Origin: a virus
Length of the DNA stretch: 64,000 nucleotides
Strand: one strand, 5' to 3'
Virus record (IMG/VR): IMGVR_UViG_2799112330_000001
Span: 1 to 64,000 of that record
The notes under the pieces were generated by a model. It did no database searches. It had not been told where the DNA came from and worked only from the letters and a program-made list of their open reading frames with translations. The position numbers and the translations under genes are program-made. Below, in pieces: positions 1 to 8,701 of the stretch (positions are counted from its first letter, which is position 1; every line of letters starts with the position of its first letter).

Positions 1-739
1 CATCTTCTGTAAAAAAGTTATCTGTAGGAACAGGATAAGCATCTATTACTTTAACTACTTCTTTAATTATATTTTCTTTATCTACATCTCCATAAGTATA
101 TGCTTCACCATAAGCGACCCAATTAAAATATACTTGTTCATAAAATAATTCATCTTCGGTTATATCTCTAATAACATTTAATAATTCTTGACCTTGAGCA
201 GAAATATCATCTACATAATTATCGTTAAAATCTTTAATAAATTTTTCTACATCAATTGAATTTTTAGGATTAAATTCTTTAGGATCTCCGCCTTCTTGTA
301 TAAATTGTTGATAAGCTTGTGTTATTTGTTGAGCTACAGCATTTTGAACAAGTATAGTAAGTTCCGCTTTAAGTTTTTGATCGCGAGCTAACATTACATC
401 AGGGTTGTTAGCACCAACTATAAATATATGAGGATTTTTAAGATACTCTCCAACATATCGTCTTATGATACCTTTTATAATATCATAATTTCTCATTGTT
501 GCAGGAAATCTTTTAAATTTTTCATTAGTAGCATTATAAGGATTTAATATCTTTTTATAAAATTCATCAGGTATTTTACCAGCCATGACGTTATATAAAG
601 TAGATATACGTTTTTCATCTTTGCAAGCCAATCCTTGAGATATAACATAATCACAACATTGAGCTGCCCATATTTTGTCTTTTTTACTCGCAGGAATTTT
701 CTGACGAGGAAAATCATAATTACTTAAAGGTGTAATCAT
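1..739 (-). CDS. portal protein, N-terminal part (gene runs off the window start)
   Basis: The reverse-strand frame is open from the ATG at 739-737 (MITPLSNYDFPRQKIPASKKDKIWAAQCCDYVISQGLACKDEKRISTLYNVMAGKIPDEFYKKILNPYNA...) down to base 1. It is absent from the ORF track only because it is truncated. It lies directly downstream of terL, as in crAss-like phages. The function is assigned from synteny and recall, not from a search. Confidence 0.5.
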   Translation of the reverse strand, partial: MITPLSNYDFPRQKIPASKKDKIWAAQCCDYVISQGLACKDEKRISTLYNVMAGKIPDEFYKKILNPYNATNEKFKRFPATMRNYDIIKGIIRRYVGEYLKNPHIFIVGANNPDVMLARDQKLKAELTILVQNAVAQQITQAYQQFIQEGGDPKEFNPKNSIDVEKFIKDFNDNYVDDISAQGQELLNVIRDITEDELFYEQVYFNWVAYGEAYTYGDVDKENIIKEVVKVIDAYPVPTDNFFTED

Positions 740-760
740 ATTTTAAATTATTTAAAAAAA

Positions 761-3091
761 TTAAAACCAATCTCTTGATAATATATCATTATCATGTTTA
801 TCTATATTATCTTCTGTAAGTTCTATTCTAGTTTTTAAAGCGTCTTCATTAAGAAGTTTCATTGCTTTCCATTCTATACCTCTTAAAATCATTGAAGAAA
901 CTCTATCATAGTTTCCATTCTCTGACCATTTCTTCAATTCCAATATCGATTGATAATCATATATTAATTGAAACATATGAATATCATTACCATTTTCATC
1001 TTTTCCAACTACTTCATATAAAAATTCTTTTAGCAATCGTAATCCCTCTAATTTATTTGCAGGAGTAATACTATATCCATAACTTGTACTAACTTTTTCT
1101 TTAAAATTATTATCCCAAACAAATACAGGATCAAATGAAAGATATTTTAAAGCATTCCATTTTTTAAAATTACTAACAGTTTCACCACGATTTATTTCGA
1201 CATTAGTTGTTCCTATACAATTATAATCTTTAGCAAGTTCATAACATATTCTATCTGCTTCTTCTAGTTTGTCAGGTCTACCATAATAATGGGCAACCAT
1301 TCCTCCTTTAAATCCGTTTAATGCATGTGGATTCATCCACACTTGTATACTATTATGAGAATGTTTATTTGTTATAGTTTTTCTATCCTTATCTATTCCT
1401 ACAGGGTCATAAGTAATACTATATAATCCTTTTGGAACTACTCGTATTCTAACTCCATTTTCAGTAATTTCTTCTTTTAATGGCTCAGCCCATCTACGAA
1501 TACAACCCATTGGATCTTCATTTTCTCTTCTTGGAACACTTTGTATATAATCATATATTTTTTTGCCTTCTTTTAATAATCTAGCATTAGATTTAAATAT
1601 TGTAACACCATTAGAATCCATATCATATCTACCATCAATATAAAATTTATAAGAACTATCCATTTTAAGTTTTTCTTCCCATGCAGTAAGTTCTTCAGAA
1701 CTAAATATATTTTCTGTTGTACTACTAAATGATTCTGCAGGATACAAAGCATATTGACCTAAATAATTTATATATTCAGCATAAGTTTTGGCATCATTTT
1801 TCTTTTTAATACGTTCTCTTTTTGCAACTTCAAGAGCGACTAAAATATTACTATTTCCCCATTTATCTAAAGCTAAAACTCCACCAACTTCACCTTGTAA
1901 TCCCCAAGCATAAGATTTAAAAAATCCACATATTTGATCTCTAGCGTCTTTATCCCAAACATTTTCAAATGGACAAAAATTATGAGCTTTAGGATTATAA
2001 AAGTTTAATTCAAATTCTTGCATAGAAGTACCTTCTGTAGTAGCAGTTCCCCATGCACATAAAAAACCTGTTGTATAACTACCAGTACGCATAGCAGGTT
2101 CAGTTACTTCCATAAATTTATCAAAATTATCCATAGTAGAAACTTCTTCCACATTTACCTTTATAGCATCTTTACCAATAGCACAATCAGGATTATTGTG
2201 AGCTGATACAGACAATAAAGCACTATGCCAACTTCCACTCCATTCTACATTATTTTTTAATTTTAAGCCTAATCGAAAATCAGTATCTACAGTCTTTAAA
2301 ATTCCTCTTTTAAATAAACCAGTATCTTCATAAAATTTCAAATCATTTAAAGCGAAGTCAGTAAGACCACCACGTTGTGTTAAATATTTACTATCTACAG
2401 CAACATTTATAACAACTTTATTTGGGTATAAATTTACAGCATTTGCAGAATTAGAAGCCATCATATAAGAAAAACCACCACGTCGTGTTTTATCTATTAA
2501 CATATGAAAGCCATTATTTCTTGCAAATTCTATACAATGAAAAGTCCAAAATTGAGCATCTATAAATTTAGGAAATCCTTTCTTTTTTGTAGCTACAGCA
2601 GTTCCTCCTTGTTTAATACTTTCTTCATCAAGTTCTTCCATTTGAGTATAATTAAGAAAGTTATAATGCTCTCCAGTAATTCTTACTTCTTCAATTTTTC
2701 CTTCAGGAGTTAATAAACAAGGTGCTTTAAATCCTTTATGTCGTCTATATGCTTCTCTATCGGCGATTCTATTATACATTATAGAGCCTTGCTTATAACT
2801 AGTATATTCGCCATTTTCATCATAGTATTGAGCCATTTTAGTAAATAAATCTGTATTAATAAATTTATATCCTGGTCTAATATTCATTAAAAATCCTCCA
2901 GTATGTCCAACTAAAAATAAATCATCAGGATCTTTAAAAGTTCTATATTCGTGTGTTTTCCAATATTCTTCATTTACAGTATAATCATTAATTTTAGGAT
3001 TTTCTATACTAAACCTAAAATCTTTAGCATGTATATAATGAGACTTATCTTCATTTATATAGTCTAAAAAAGGATAACCTGTATTTTCCAT
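761..3091 (-). CDS. terL: terminase large subunit
   Basis: 776 aa. It has a degenerate Walker-A-like DKTRRGGFS, a WGTATTEGT coupling-like motif, and C-terminal nuclease-like acidic boxes (YDPVGIDKD, VEINRGE, YDRVSS). Its size and its position between the lysis genes and the portal fit TerL. Confidence 0.7.
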   Translation of the reverse strand: MENTGYPFLDYINEDKSHYIHAKDFRFSIENPKINDYTVNEEYWKTHEYRTFKDPDDLFLVGHTGGFLMNIRPGYKFINTDLFTKMAQYYDENGEYTSYKQGSIMYNRIADREAYRRHKGFKAPCLLTPEGKIEEVRITGEHYNFLNYTQMEELDEESIKQGGTAVATKKKGFPKFIDAQFWTFHCIEFARNNGFHMLIDKTRRGGFSYMMASNSANAVNLYPNKVVINVAVDSKYLTQRGGLTDFALNDLKFYEDTGLFKRGILKTVDTDFRLGLKLKNNVEWSGSWHSALLSVSAHNNPDCAIGKDAIKVNVEEVSTMDNFDKFMEVTEPAMRTGSYTTGFLCAWGTATTEGTSMQEFELNFYNPKAHNFCPFENVWDKDARDQICGFFKSYAWGLQGEVGGVLALDKWGNSNILVALEVAKRERIKKKNDAKTYAEYINYLGQYALYPAESFSSTTENIFSSEELTAWEEKLKMDSSYKFYIDGRYDMDSNGVTIFKSNARLLKEGKKIYDYIQSVPRRENEDPMGCIRRWAEPLKEEITENGVRIRVVPKGLYSITYDPVGIDKDRKTITNKHSHNSIQVWMNPHALNGFKGGMVAHYYGRPDKLEEADRICYELAKDYNCIGTTNVEINRGETVSNFKKWNALKYLSFDPVFVWDNNFKEKVSTSYGYSITPANKLEGLRLLKEFLYEVVGKDENGNDIHMFQLIYDYQSILELKKWSENGNYDRVSSMILRGIEWKAMKLLNEDALKTRIELTEDNIDKHDNDILSRDWF

Positions 3092-3092
3092 A

Positions 3093-3506
3093 TTATTTAT
3101 TAATTAAAACAGATGTCACAACTGTTATTATAATACCTACTATACATCCTCCAGCAACACTACCATATATAATTTTCTTTTTTCTTTCACGTTCATATTG
3201 TTTTTGTAAATCTTCATTTATATTATTTATTTTAACTATACGTTCTTTTAAATCGTTTATTACAGTGTCTTGTTGTAATATATATTTATTGTTTAAAGTT
3301 ATAATAGAATCTTGAGCACTATTAACTTTTAACAAATATTTTCTTTCAATTAATTTATCATTAGCTTTTCTAATAATGTCAATATTTACACATGTGCAAC
3401 TATCTTCAATTATTTGTTCCCCTGTAGTGGTATCATTCGCTAACAAGTTGATAGAACAACTTAATAGCAGCAGAATCATTAATAATATTAGCTTGCTCTT
3501 TTTCAT
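3093..3506 (-). CDS. lysis-cassette protein with lipoprotein signal and C-terminal TMD (spanin-like)
   Basis: The start is taken at the internal Met (MKKSKLILLMILLLLSC...; cat at 3504-3506). Features are a lipobox-like LLSC, a central coiled-coil-like region, and a C-terminal hydrophobic segment IIYGSVAGGCIVGIIITVVTSVLI. The track ORF extends to 3536. Confidence 0.55.
   Translation of the reverse strand: MKKSKLILLMILLLLSCSINLLANDTTTGEQIIEDSCTCVNIDIIRKANDKLIERKYLLKVNSAQDSIITLNNKYILQQDTVINDLKERIVKINNINEDLQKQYERERKKKIIYGSVAGGCIVGIIITVVTSVLINK
3417..3430. repeat. dispersed motif copy (TTCCCCTGTAGTGG)
   Basis: Forward orientation on the plus strand, inside the spanin-like gene (read as TTGE on the minus strand). 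Confidence 0.6.
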
Positions 3507-3753
3507 ATTTATATTCTTGTTTATATTGTTCAACATTTTCTTTTTGTTCTTCTATTTCATATTTTATTTTTTCAATCTCTATTACATTAGTAACAGTATC
3601 TATAACAATAGTAGGCGATTGTGTCAATTTTTGTATCCGACCAATCAACAGTCCAAGTATCATAGTTAAAGTGACTATAATTAATATTCCAATACATATT
3701 ATTAAATGTATTTTTTTATTATTTTGTTCTTGATTGTTTTCCATATTTATCAA
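3433..3753 (-). CDS. lysis-cassette membrane protein (N-terminal TMD plus coiled coil; i-spanin- or holin-like)
   Basis: 106 aa. A single N-terminal TMD (IHLIICIGILIIVTLTMILGLLIG) is followed by a charged, heptad-like segment. Its 3' end overlaps the next gene out of frame (3433-3506). Confidence 0.5.
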   Translation of the reverse strand: MINMENNQEQNNKKIHLIICIGILIIVTLTMILGLLIGRIQKLTQSPTIVIDTVTNVIEIEKIKYEIEEQKENVEQYKQEYKYEKEQANIINDSAAIKLFYQLVSE

Positions 3754-4150
3754 TTAATTCATTAGACATTTTACCAGTTACTTTCATATTTTTAGCTTTT
3801 TGCATTAATTTAATAGTTGCAGTAATCCCACAATTTATTGCATTATCAAATAATTGTTCAGCAACACGTTGAGAATTAACTAAATCTAAATGTAAAGGAT
3901 CCCAATAATTATGTTTATAAATAACTTTAACTTCATTTTTAACACCTATATTATTTTTTAAACAATTATTTATATATTTTTTATCAGTCGATTGTTTTTT
4001 AATGTCATCAATAATAGTCCACAATTTAAGATTAGGATAATTCTTACGGGTAACACCCATATAAGTTTCACCGCCTTTATCATTAGGGTTATTTACATAT
4101 CCTCCTTCTGCTTTAATTGTTTTAGCAAAAGCTTTTTCAAATATTGCCAT
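3719..4150 (-). CDS. endolysin, glycoside hydrolase family 108 type (N-acetylmuramidase)
   Basis: The N-terminus FAKTIKAEGGYVNNPNDKGGETYMGVT matches the GH108 signature (EGGY...D.GG.T..G). Confidence 0.8.
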   Translation of the reverse strand: MAIFEKAFAKTIKAEGGYVNNPNDKGGETYMGVTRKNYPNLKLWTIIDDIKKQSTDKKYINNCLKNNIGVKNEVKVIYKHNYWDPLHLDLVNSQRVAEQLFDNAINCGITATIKLMQKAKNMKVTGKMSNELIDKYGKQSRTK

Positions 4151-4155
4151 AATAT

Positions 4156-4548
4156 TTAATCATTTAAAACTCTATTTATCCAACCCCTAAGAAATATAAT
4201 ATTATTATCTTGACTAGCGATTCTATTATATTCTCTGATTCTTTCTAATTTAATACTTAATATAGTTATTTCTGTATTTAAAGAATCAACTAATTCTTCA
4301 GATTCTAATAGTTCTTTATCGTATAAATAATTATAAGTTTTATACAAATCATATATACTATCATATTCACATTTAGAAACTACATTACTATATATACTAT
4401 CTTTATAATTTATTTCATTTTTCAAACTATCAATAACATATTCCATATTATCGATTTTTTTATCGGTACTAATATCTCTTAGTATCCCTGTTATCATTAT
4501 AACAACTATACAACAAATTGTTATAATAGTTACTGTTTTTATATTCAT
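4156..4548 (-). CDS. lysis-cassette membrane protein (N-terminal TMD plus coiled coil)
   Basis: 130 aa. An N-terminal TMD (TVTIITICCIVVIMITGIL) is followed by a helical charged region. It lies directly upstream of the endolysin. Confidence 0.5.
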   Translation of the reverse strand: MNIKTVTIITICCIVVIMITGILRDISTDKKIDNMEYVIDSLKNEINYKDSIYSNVVSKCEYDSIYDLYKTYNYLYDKELLESEELVDSLNTEITILSIKLERIREYNRIASQDNNIIFLRGWINRVLND

Positions 4549-4551
4549 AAT

Positions 4552-5547
4552 TTAAAATAATGTATTTGATGTTACTCTTGATGCACGAATTATTCGCTCT
4601 CTATCAGCTACAATTCGTACAATTTCATTATATCTATATGGCATTTTAAAAAATGTAGTTTTTTCTATAGGATTGTTTTTTATATGATATAATCCGTCAG
4701 GAAATCTTTTTGGCATTCCATATTCATTTAAAACAAAATCACTATCTATATGACAAAGCCATAATCCTTTACAAGGTAAACCTAAAATTTTTTGAACAGC
4801 ATAAGCATATAAACTAAGTTGTAAATTATATATACTACCGTTGCAATTTGGAAGATTTGCTACAGGTGGTAAAAGAAATTCTTTTTTAGTTACCCAAGTA
4901 TTAGTTAATTGTGCGGGTTTTTGACTCTTATCTTTTTTATAATATCCTGCTTCAAATTTAAGACCTCCACGATTTGTCTTCCAATCTCCTATTACAAAAT
5001 CTTCATCTCTAATTAATAAAACATCAATAGTTCCCGATATTAAACTATCAATAAGAAACATTCCTATTTCACTATATATTTTATATCCTCTATCTATATA
5101 CCATTGAAACACTCTATAAATTTCAGGATATTTATTTTCTGTCATATCTTTAAACTCATTAACGTCTAATGCTTTTATATTCATATCTATATTAGGAATA
5201 TCTGCTACAGTTATCATTTCACCATTTTCTTTTATCATATATTTCACTGCTTGTTTAAACATAGAATTTTCTTTAATACCGTCTTCTAAATTATTATGAG
5301 TTTTAGTACCACGTTCACAAGCTTCGTCTGTTATATTTTTCCATTGTTCTGCAAGACGTTTTTCAGATATACCAAGTTCTTTTGCTTTCTTTTTAAGCCA
5401 ATAATCTTTATCAAACTCTGGTGCATATTTATGCAACAAAGTAGTTGTACTTATAAATTCATTACCAAAAGTATCATTATATTTATGACCTTCTTCATGA
5501 AATATAAGTCTAACTTGATCATATCTTTTATCTTTAAGTTCTATCAT
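4552..5547 (-). CDS. PD-(D/E)XK (RecB/Cas4-like) nuclease
   Basis: 331 aa. It has an N-terminal HKY...STT motif, GTIDVLLIRDEDFVIGDWKTN (D ... D/E-x-K core), and a downstream YNLQLSLYAY (QxxxY-like). Confidence 0.65.
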   Translation of the reverse strand: MIELKDKRYDQVRLIFHEEGHKYNDTFGNEFISTTTLLHKYAPEFDKDYWLKKKAKELGISEKRLAEQWKNITDEACERGTKTHNNLEDGIKENSMFKQAVKYMIKENGEMITVADIPNIDMNIKALDVNEFKDMTENKYPEIYRVFQWYIDRGYKIYSEIGMFLIDSLISGTIDVLLIRDEDFVIGDWKTNRGGLKFEAGYYKKDKSQKPAQLTNTWVTKKEFLLPPVANLPNCNGSIYNLQLSLYAYAVQKILGLPCKGLWLCHIDSDFVLNEYGMPKRFPDGLYHIKNNPIEKTTFFKMPYRYNEIVRIVADRERIIRASRVTSNTLF

Positions 5548-6158
5548 TGCAATTTATGTTTATTTGCATCCATTGAATAAAGAATAGATTCTCCTCCACG
5601 TGCTTCCATTTCTTCTTGTTCATTTCTAAGATTGTCTTGAGCGACTTTTAGAGATGCTACATAATTTGGGAGTTCTGTAGAAAATTTACCTAATTTATTT
5701 CCTAAATCTATAATAGTAGCAACAGCAGATGGTTCTAAAGCATTTTTCATCATTGTATCAACAGTTTCACCTATTTTATTACTTGCATAAGAAAGTCTAT
5801 GTAAAGCTTTTTTAATATTTTCAATAGCAACACCTGCAGGAGTTATAGCATTTATATTATATCTATCTATCAATCTTTTTACTAATGGATCTGGTACATA
5901 ATCTTTAGGTAAATTGAAATTATCAATTGCTGCGTCTAATGTTTCTTTTTCTGTTAATCCATTTTGTCTTGGAGGACTATTAGGATCTCCCATATAATAT
6001 ATAACTCCACATTCAGCGATATATTTATTTTTATCTTTAGAATAATCTCTACGATATAATTCTAATACATCTTTATCAAGAATTTGTTCAATCGATACTG
6101 GTTGTACATTACCATATATATCGAAAGTTAATAAATTTCTAATATGTAGATTTGCCAT
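5544..6158 (-). CDS. hypothetical protein
   Basis: 204-aa ORF with a 4-nt ATGA-type overlap with the downstream gene. It is on the same strand as its neighbours, and I recognise no motif. Confidence 0.75.
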   Translation of the reverse strand: MANLHIRNLLTFDIYGNVQPVSIEQILDKDVLELYRRDYSKDKNKYIAECGVIYYMGDPNSPPRQNGLTEKETLDAAIDNFNLPKDYVPDPLVKRLIDRYNINAITPAGVAIENIKKALHRLSYASNKIGETVDTMMKNALEPSAVATIIDLGNKLGKFSTELPNYVASLKVAQDNLRNEQEEMEARGGESILYSMDANKHKLQ

Positions 6159-6161
6159 AAT

Positions 6162-6800
6162 TTATTTAGCATTTTGAAAAGCATCTTCAAAATCTTGATC
6201 AAAAGGTATAAACTCTAATAGAGTCATAGAATGAATAAAATGTTCAGCATAACTTTTTCCCATTACTTTACAACATTCGTCATATTCTTTTTTAAACATT
6301 TTTCTAAAATGATCTTCTTTACTTTTTTCATTTTGTCTTGCACTAAATTCACGCCAACCTTGTTTGTAAAAATCTATACGAACTTTTAATCTATCTCTAT
6401 TATTCATTTCAGGAGTATAATGTTGTTTAATTTCTTCAGCGTGTTTTTCTAAATATCTTTTACCAGCATTTATTTTAAACGTACCAACATATGGTAGATG
6501 AGCAACACATTCATTTAATAAAGTTTCTTTACAAAAAAGTTCAGCATTAAATACTATACTTGTTAATTTTTTTCTTTCTTCTTCAGTTATATCATTAATT
6601 TGATTTATTATATCTCTTTCTTCTAATACATTTACATCCCAATATTTTCCATCATACCATATTTTATTTTCATATTGAGAGGCGTCTAATTTTGGCTTTT
6701 CAGTATCTATTTTAGACATAGCCTTATTTGGCAATCTTCTCCATTCTCGTTTATACTCTTTTGATTTATGTTTATCTTTAAAATTAAAAGATAGTCCCAT
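6162..6800 (-). CDS. hypothetical protein
   Basis: 212-aa ORF, tightly packed in the minus-strand operon. I recognise no motif. Confidence 0.75.
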   Translation of the reverse strand: MGLSFNFKDKHKSKEYKREWRRLPNKAMSKIDTEKPKLDASQYENKIWYDGKYWDVNVLEERDIINQINDITEEERKKLTSIVFNAELFCKETLLNECVAHLPYVGTFKINAGKRYLEKHAEEIKQHYTPEMNNRDRLKVRIDFYKQGWREFSARQNEKSKEDHFRKMFKKEYDECCKVMGKSYAEHFIHSMTLLEFIPFDQDFEDAFQNAK

Positions 6801-6820
6801 AATATAAATTTTAACATCAA

Positions 6821-6864
6821 TAGCCTATATTTAATCCCCTGTAAAGGGAATGTCATATAGGCTA
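6821..6864 (-). terminator. nested hairpin (outer 10-bp stem enclosing a copy of the dispersed CCCC..GGG motif)
   Basis: TAGCCTATAT (6821-6830) pairs with ATATAGGCTA (6855-6864). Inside it lies tcccctgtaaagggaa (6835-6850). It sits between the stop of 6876..7508 and the start of 6162..6800. Confidence 0.5.
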
Positions 6865-6875
6865 TCGACAATTAC

Positions 6876-7508
6876 TTATTCAGCAACAGCATCGTTTAGT
6901 TCTTTTGCTTTAGCAGGAACTTCAGCATGAACTTCAGGAATTACCTTAATAAAAGGATCGTTATAACTAATGTTATTATCTACAGTTCCATGAATTGCTG
7001 TAACAGGTACAATTTTAAAGCTCATAAAGCAAATAGGATGTTCTTTAATAGGTACATTATTTTCATCCTTTGCAGTTCCAGAAAGAATTGTAGCTGTAAG
7101 ATAATTTTTCTCTTTAGGTTCTTTACTTGAAACAATTTTTTCTTCTCTGAGTAAATAAGAAATAATGTTTTCGTATGTTAAAGCACTAGGAGGAGTAATT
7201 TGAGTTCCTCTTGCAATATCTGATTCATCGATTATAACTTGTTGTCCTATTTTCCATTCTGCAGGAATAGCGTCCGAATTAATTTTAACAAGAACTGCAA
7301 TATCAACTGCACGAGTTTTTACTTTAGGATTGTTTAAAGTTATAAGAAAATCATACATACGAACTTGTCGTACAACTGCTACAATTGCATAATGCTTTGG
7401 AAGATTAATACAATTTGTAACATCTTCATAATACTGTGCTGGAATCTCATGAATTGATTGAGGAAGAGATAATGTATATCTCTCAACTCGACTTTGAAGA
7501 GTAATCAT
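6876..7508 (-). CDS. hypothetical protein (less AT-biased codons, own downstream hairpin)
   Basis: 210-aa ORF whose codon composition is visibly G+C-richer than its neighbours. Confidence 0.75.
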   Translation of the reverse strand: MITLQSRVERYTLSLPQSIHEIPAQYYEDVTNCINLPKHYAIVAVVRQVRMYDFLITLNNPKVKTRAVDIAVLVKINSDAIPAEWKIGQQVIIDESDIARGTQITPPSALTYENIISYLLREEKIVSSKEPKEKNYLTATILSGTAKDENNVPIKEHPICFMSFKIVPVTAIHGTVDNNISYNDPFIKVIPEVHAEVPAKAKELNDAVAE

Positions 7509-7556
7509 AAATTTGTTTGTTTAATTGTTAATATTGATATTAACTACAAATGTAGT

Positions 7557-7994
7557 TTAAAGAAGCATTACTAAAACTTTTTTACCATGAACGTCATCTT
7601 TTATATAATATTTATCATATAGATAAATTTTAGGATAAGCTTTTTTAACAATTCCTCTAGCAGTTAATTCATTTAATGCTCTAATATAAGTTGGTCTACT
7701 AATTTTATATTTAATACAAAATATTTTTTCAAATTTAGCATTACTTTCAATTTCACCACCATTTTTATTTAATTCTATAAATAAATTCTCACCATGTTTA
7801 GTAAGATTTAATAAATGAGCATAAATTTGTAATATATCTTGTTCTTCATTAGTCTTTTTAAAGACTGCAATAACATCTTTTTCTTTTCCCCATAATTTAG
7901 TTTTATTAGCAACAACAAACTCATCGTCTGTTTTATCTAATAAAAAATCATCTTGAGGAGCTATAAATTCATTAAAAACTGTTTTAAGTTCCAT
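7557..7994 (-). CDS. winged-helix/HTH DNA-binding protein (putative transcriptional regulator)
   Basis: 145 aa. The C-terminal ISRPTYIRALNELTARGIVKK reads as an HTH recognition-helix segment. It is the first gene downstream of the leftward promoter. Confidence 0.5.
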   Translation of the reverse strand: MELKTVFNEFIAPQDDFLLDKTDDEFVVANKTKLWGKEKDVIAVFKKTNEEQDILQIYAHLLNLTKHGENLFIELNKNGGEIESNAKFEKIFCIKYKISRPTYIRALNELTARGIVKKAYPKIYLYDKYYIKDDVHGKKVLVMLL

Positions 7995-8055
7995 AGTTGC
8001 AAATACATTATTTGTTCTACTTTAGTCTATTTTTTGTACATTTGTACAACCAGCA

Positions 8056-8087
8056 CAAAGATACAAAAAAAATTCCATATATGCAAA
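8056..8087 (-). promoter_or_regulatory. Bacteroides-type promoter (leftward)
   Basis: On the minus strand, TTTG (complement of 8084-8087), a 20-nt gap, then TAtcTTTG (complement of 8056-8063). This matches the -33 TTTG / -7 TAnnTTTG consensus. The ATG of the HTH gene is at 7994. Confidence 0.6.
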
Positions 8088-8103
8088 TTTTTTTGCAAAA
8101 TTA

Positions 8104-8135
8104 TTTGCAAAAATCGATTTTTTTTACTATCTTTG
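8104..8135 (+). promoter_or_regulatory. Bacteroides-type promoter (rightward)
   Basis: TTTG at 8104-8107, a 20-nt gap, then TAtcTTTG at 8128-8135. It fires into a region of about 1 kb that has no long ORF. Confidence 0.6.
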
Positions 8136-8140
8136 TAGGC

Positions 8141-8546
8141 ATATAAAAAGTTACATATATTATATAATGTACGCGCGTGAGTATGTCATATTATATAAAA
8201 TTTTATATGTTCTTATAAATTTTGAATATAATAGCATTAATGATATTAAAGAAAGCCGAGCCAAAGATTAAACAGAAACTCGTTTATCTGCGGACGGTAT
8301 ATATGCTTCGGCATATATCGAAGAAGTCCATGTTATGTTTCATAGCAATGTCAGTGACTATCTGGTGGTAGGGGTGTGGGTAGGGTTACGGTATCGTATC
8401 CCGCAAATAATATTATTAATGCTATAAAATATAATAATCGTTGTGATAACGATACTTTTTGATGTCATTTTGAGTGAATAGTTTTCGGTGTAGATTTATG
8501 TATGTTTAGATAGGAATTGTTGTGAAACAGTTCCTATCATTTTTTT
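8141..8546 (+). ncRNA. candidate structured non-coding RNA (about 400 nt)
   Basis: Bounded by the 8104-8135 promoter and the intrinsic terminator at 8509-8546. It contains a hairpin with a C(UUCG)G tetraloop (8299-8318), a G-tract (8364-8385), the hairpin GGGTTACG/CGTATCCC (8383-8402), and the hairpin ATCGTT/AACGAT (about 8437-8453). No ORF reaches the 60-aa track cutoff. Confidence 0.45.
8509..8546 (+). terminator. intrinsic terminator
   Basis: GATAGGAATTG (8509-8519) pairs with CAGTTCCTATC (8528-8538), with one U-G pair, and is followed by T6 (8541-8546). Confidence 0.65.
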
Positions 8547-8701
8547 ATGTTACTCATAATATTAATAAAAGCTAAAGGATAGTAGAACGTATATACTACA
8601 TATACGGGCATTAAATAAAATTAAAGTAATACCCCCGTTAGTGTTATTAATAAAAATATTTTTGTAAATAAATAAATAGGTGAGAAAGTTTTATGATACA
8701 A

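Noticed and set aside
862-7130. Plus-strand track ORFs inside minus-strand genes: 862-1068, 2504-2713, 3376-3669, 5296-5580 and 6927-7130.
   Set aside because: They lie antisense to long, motif-bearing genes. Their products are low-complexity Phe/Ile/Leu/Ser-rich strings, as expected from reading AT-rich coding DNA backwards.
7557-7994. Lysogeny module, with the HTH protein read as a CI-like repressor.
   Set aside because: There is no integrase, excisionase or attachment-site-like sequence in the window. A single small HTH protein is insufficient evidence for a temperate lifestyle.
7953-8138. 61-aa plus-strand ORF spanning the divergent promoter region.
   Set aside because: It overlaps both promoter box pairs and the 5' end of the HTH gene. 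Its sequence is low-complexity (Cys/Phe/Ile/Lys).
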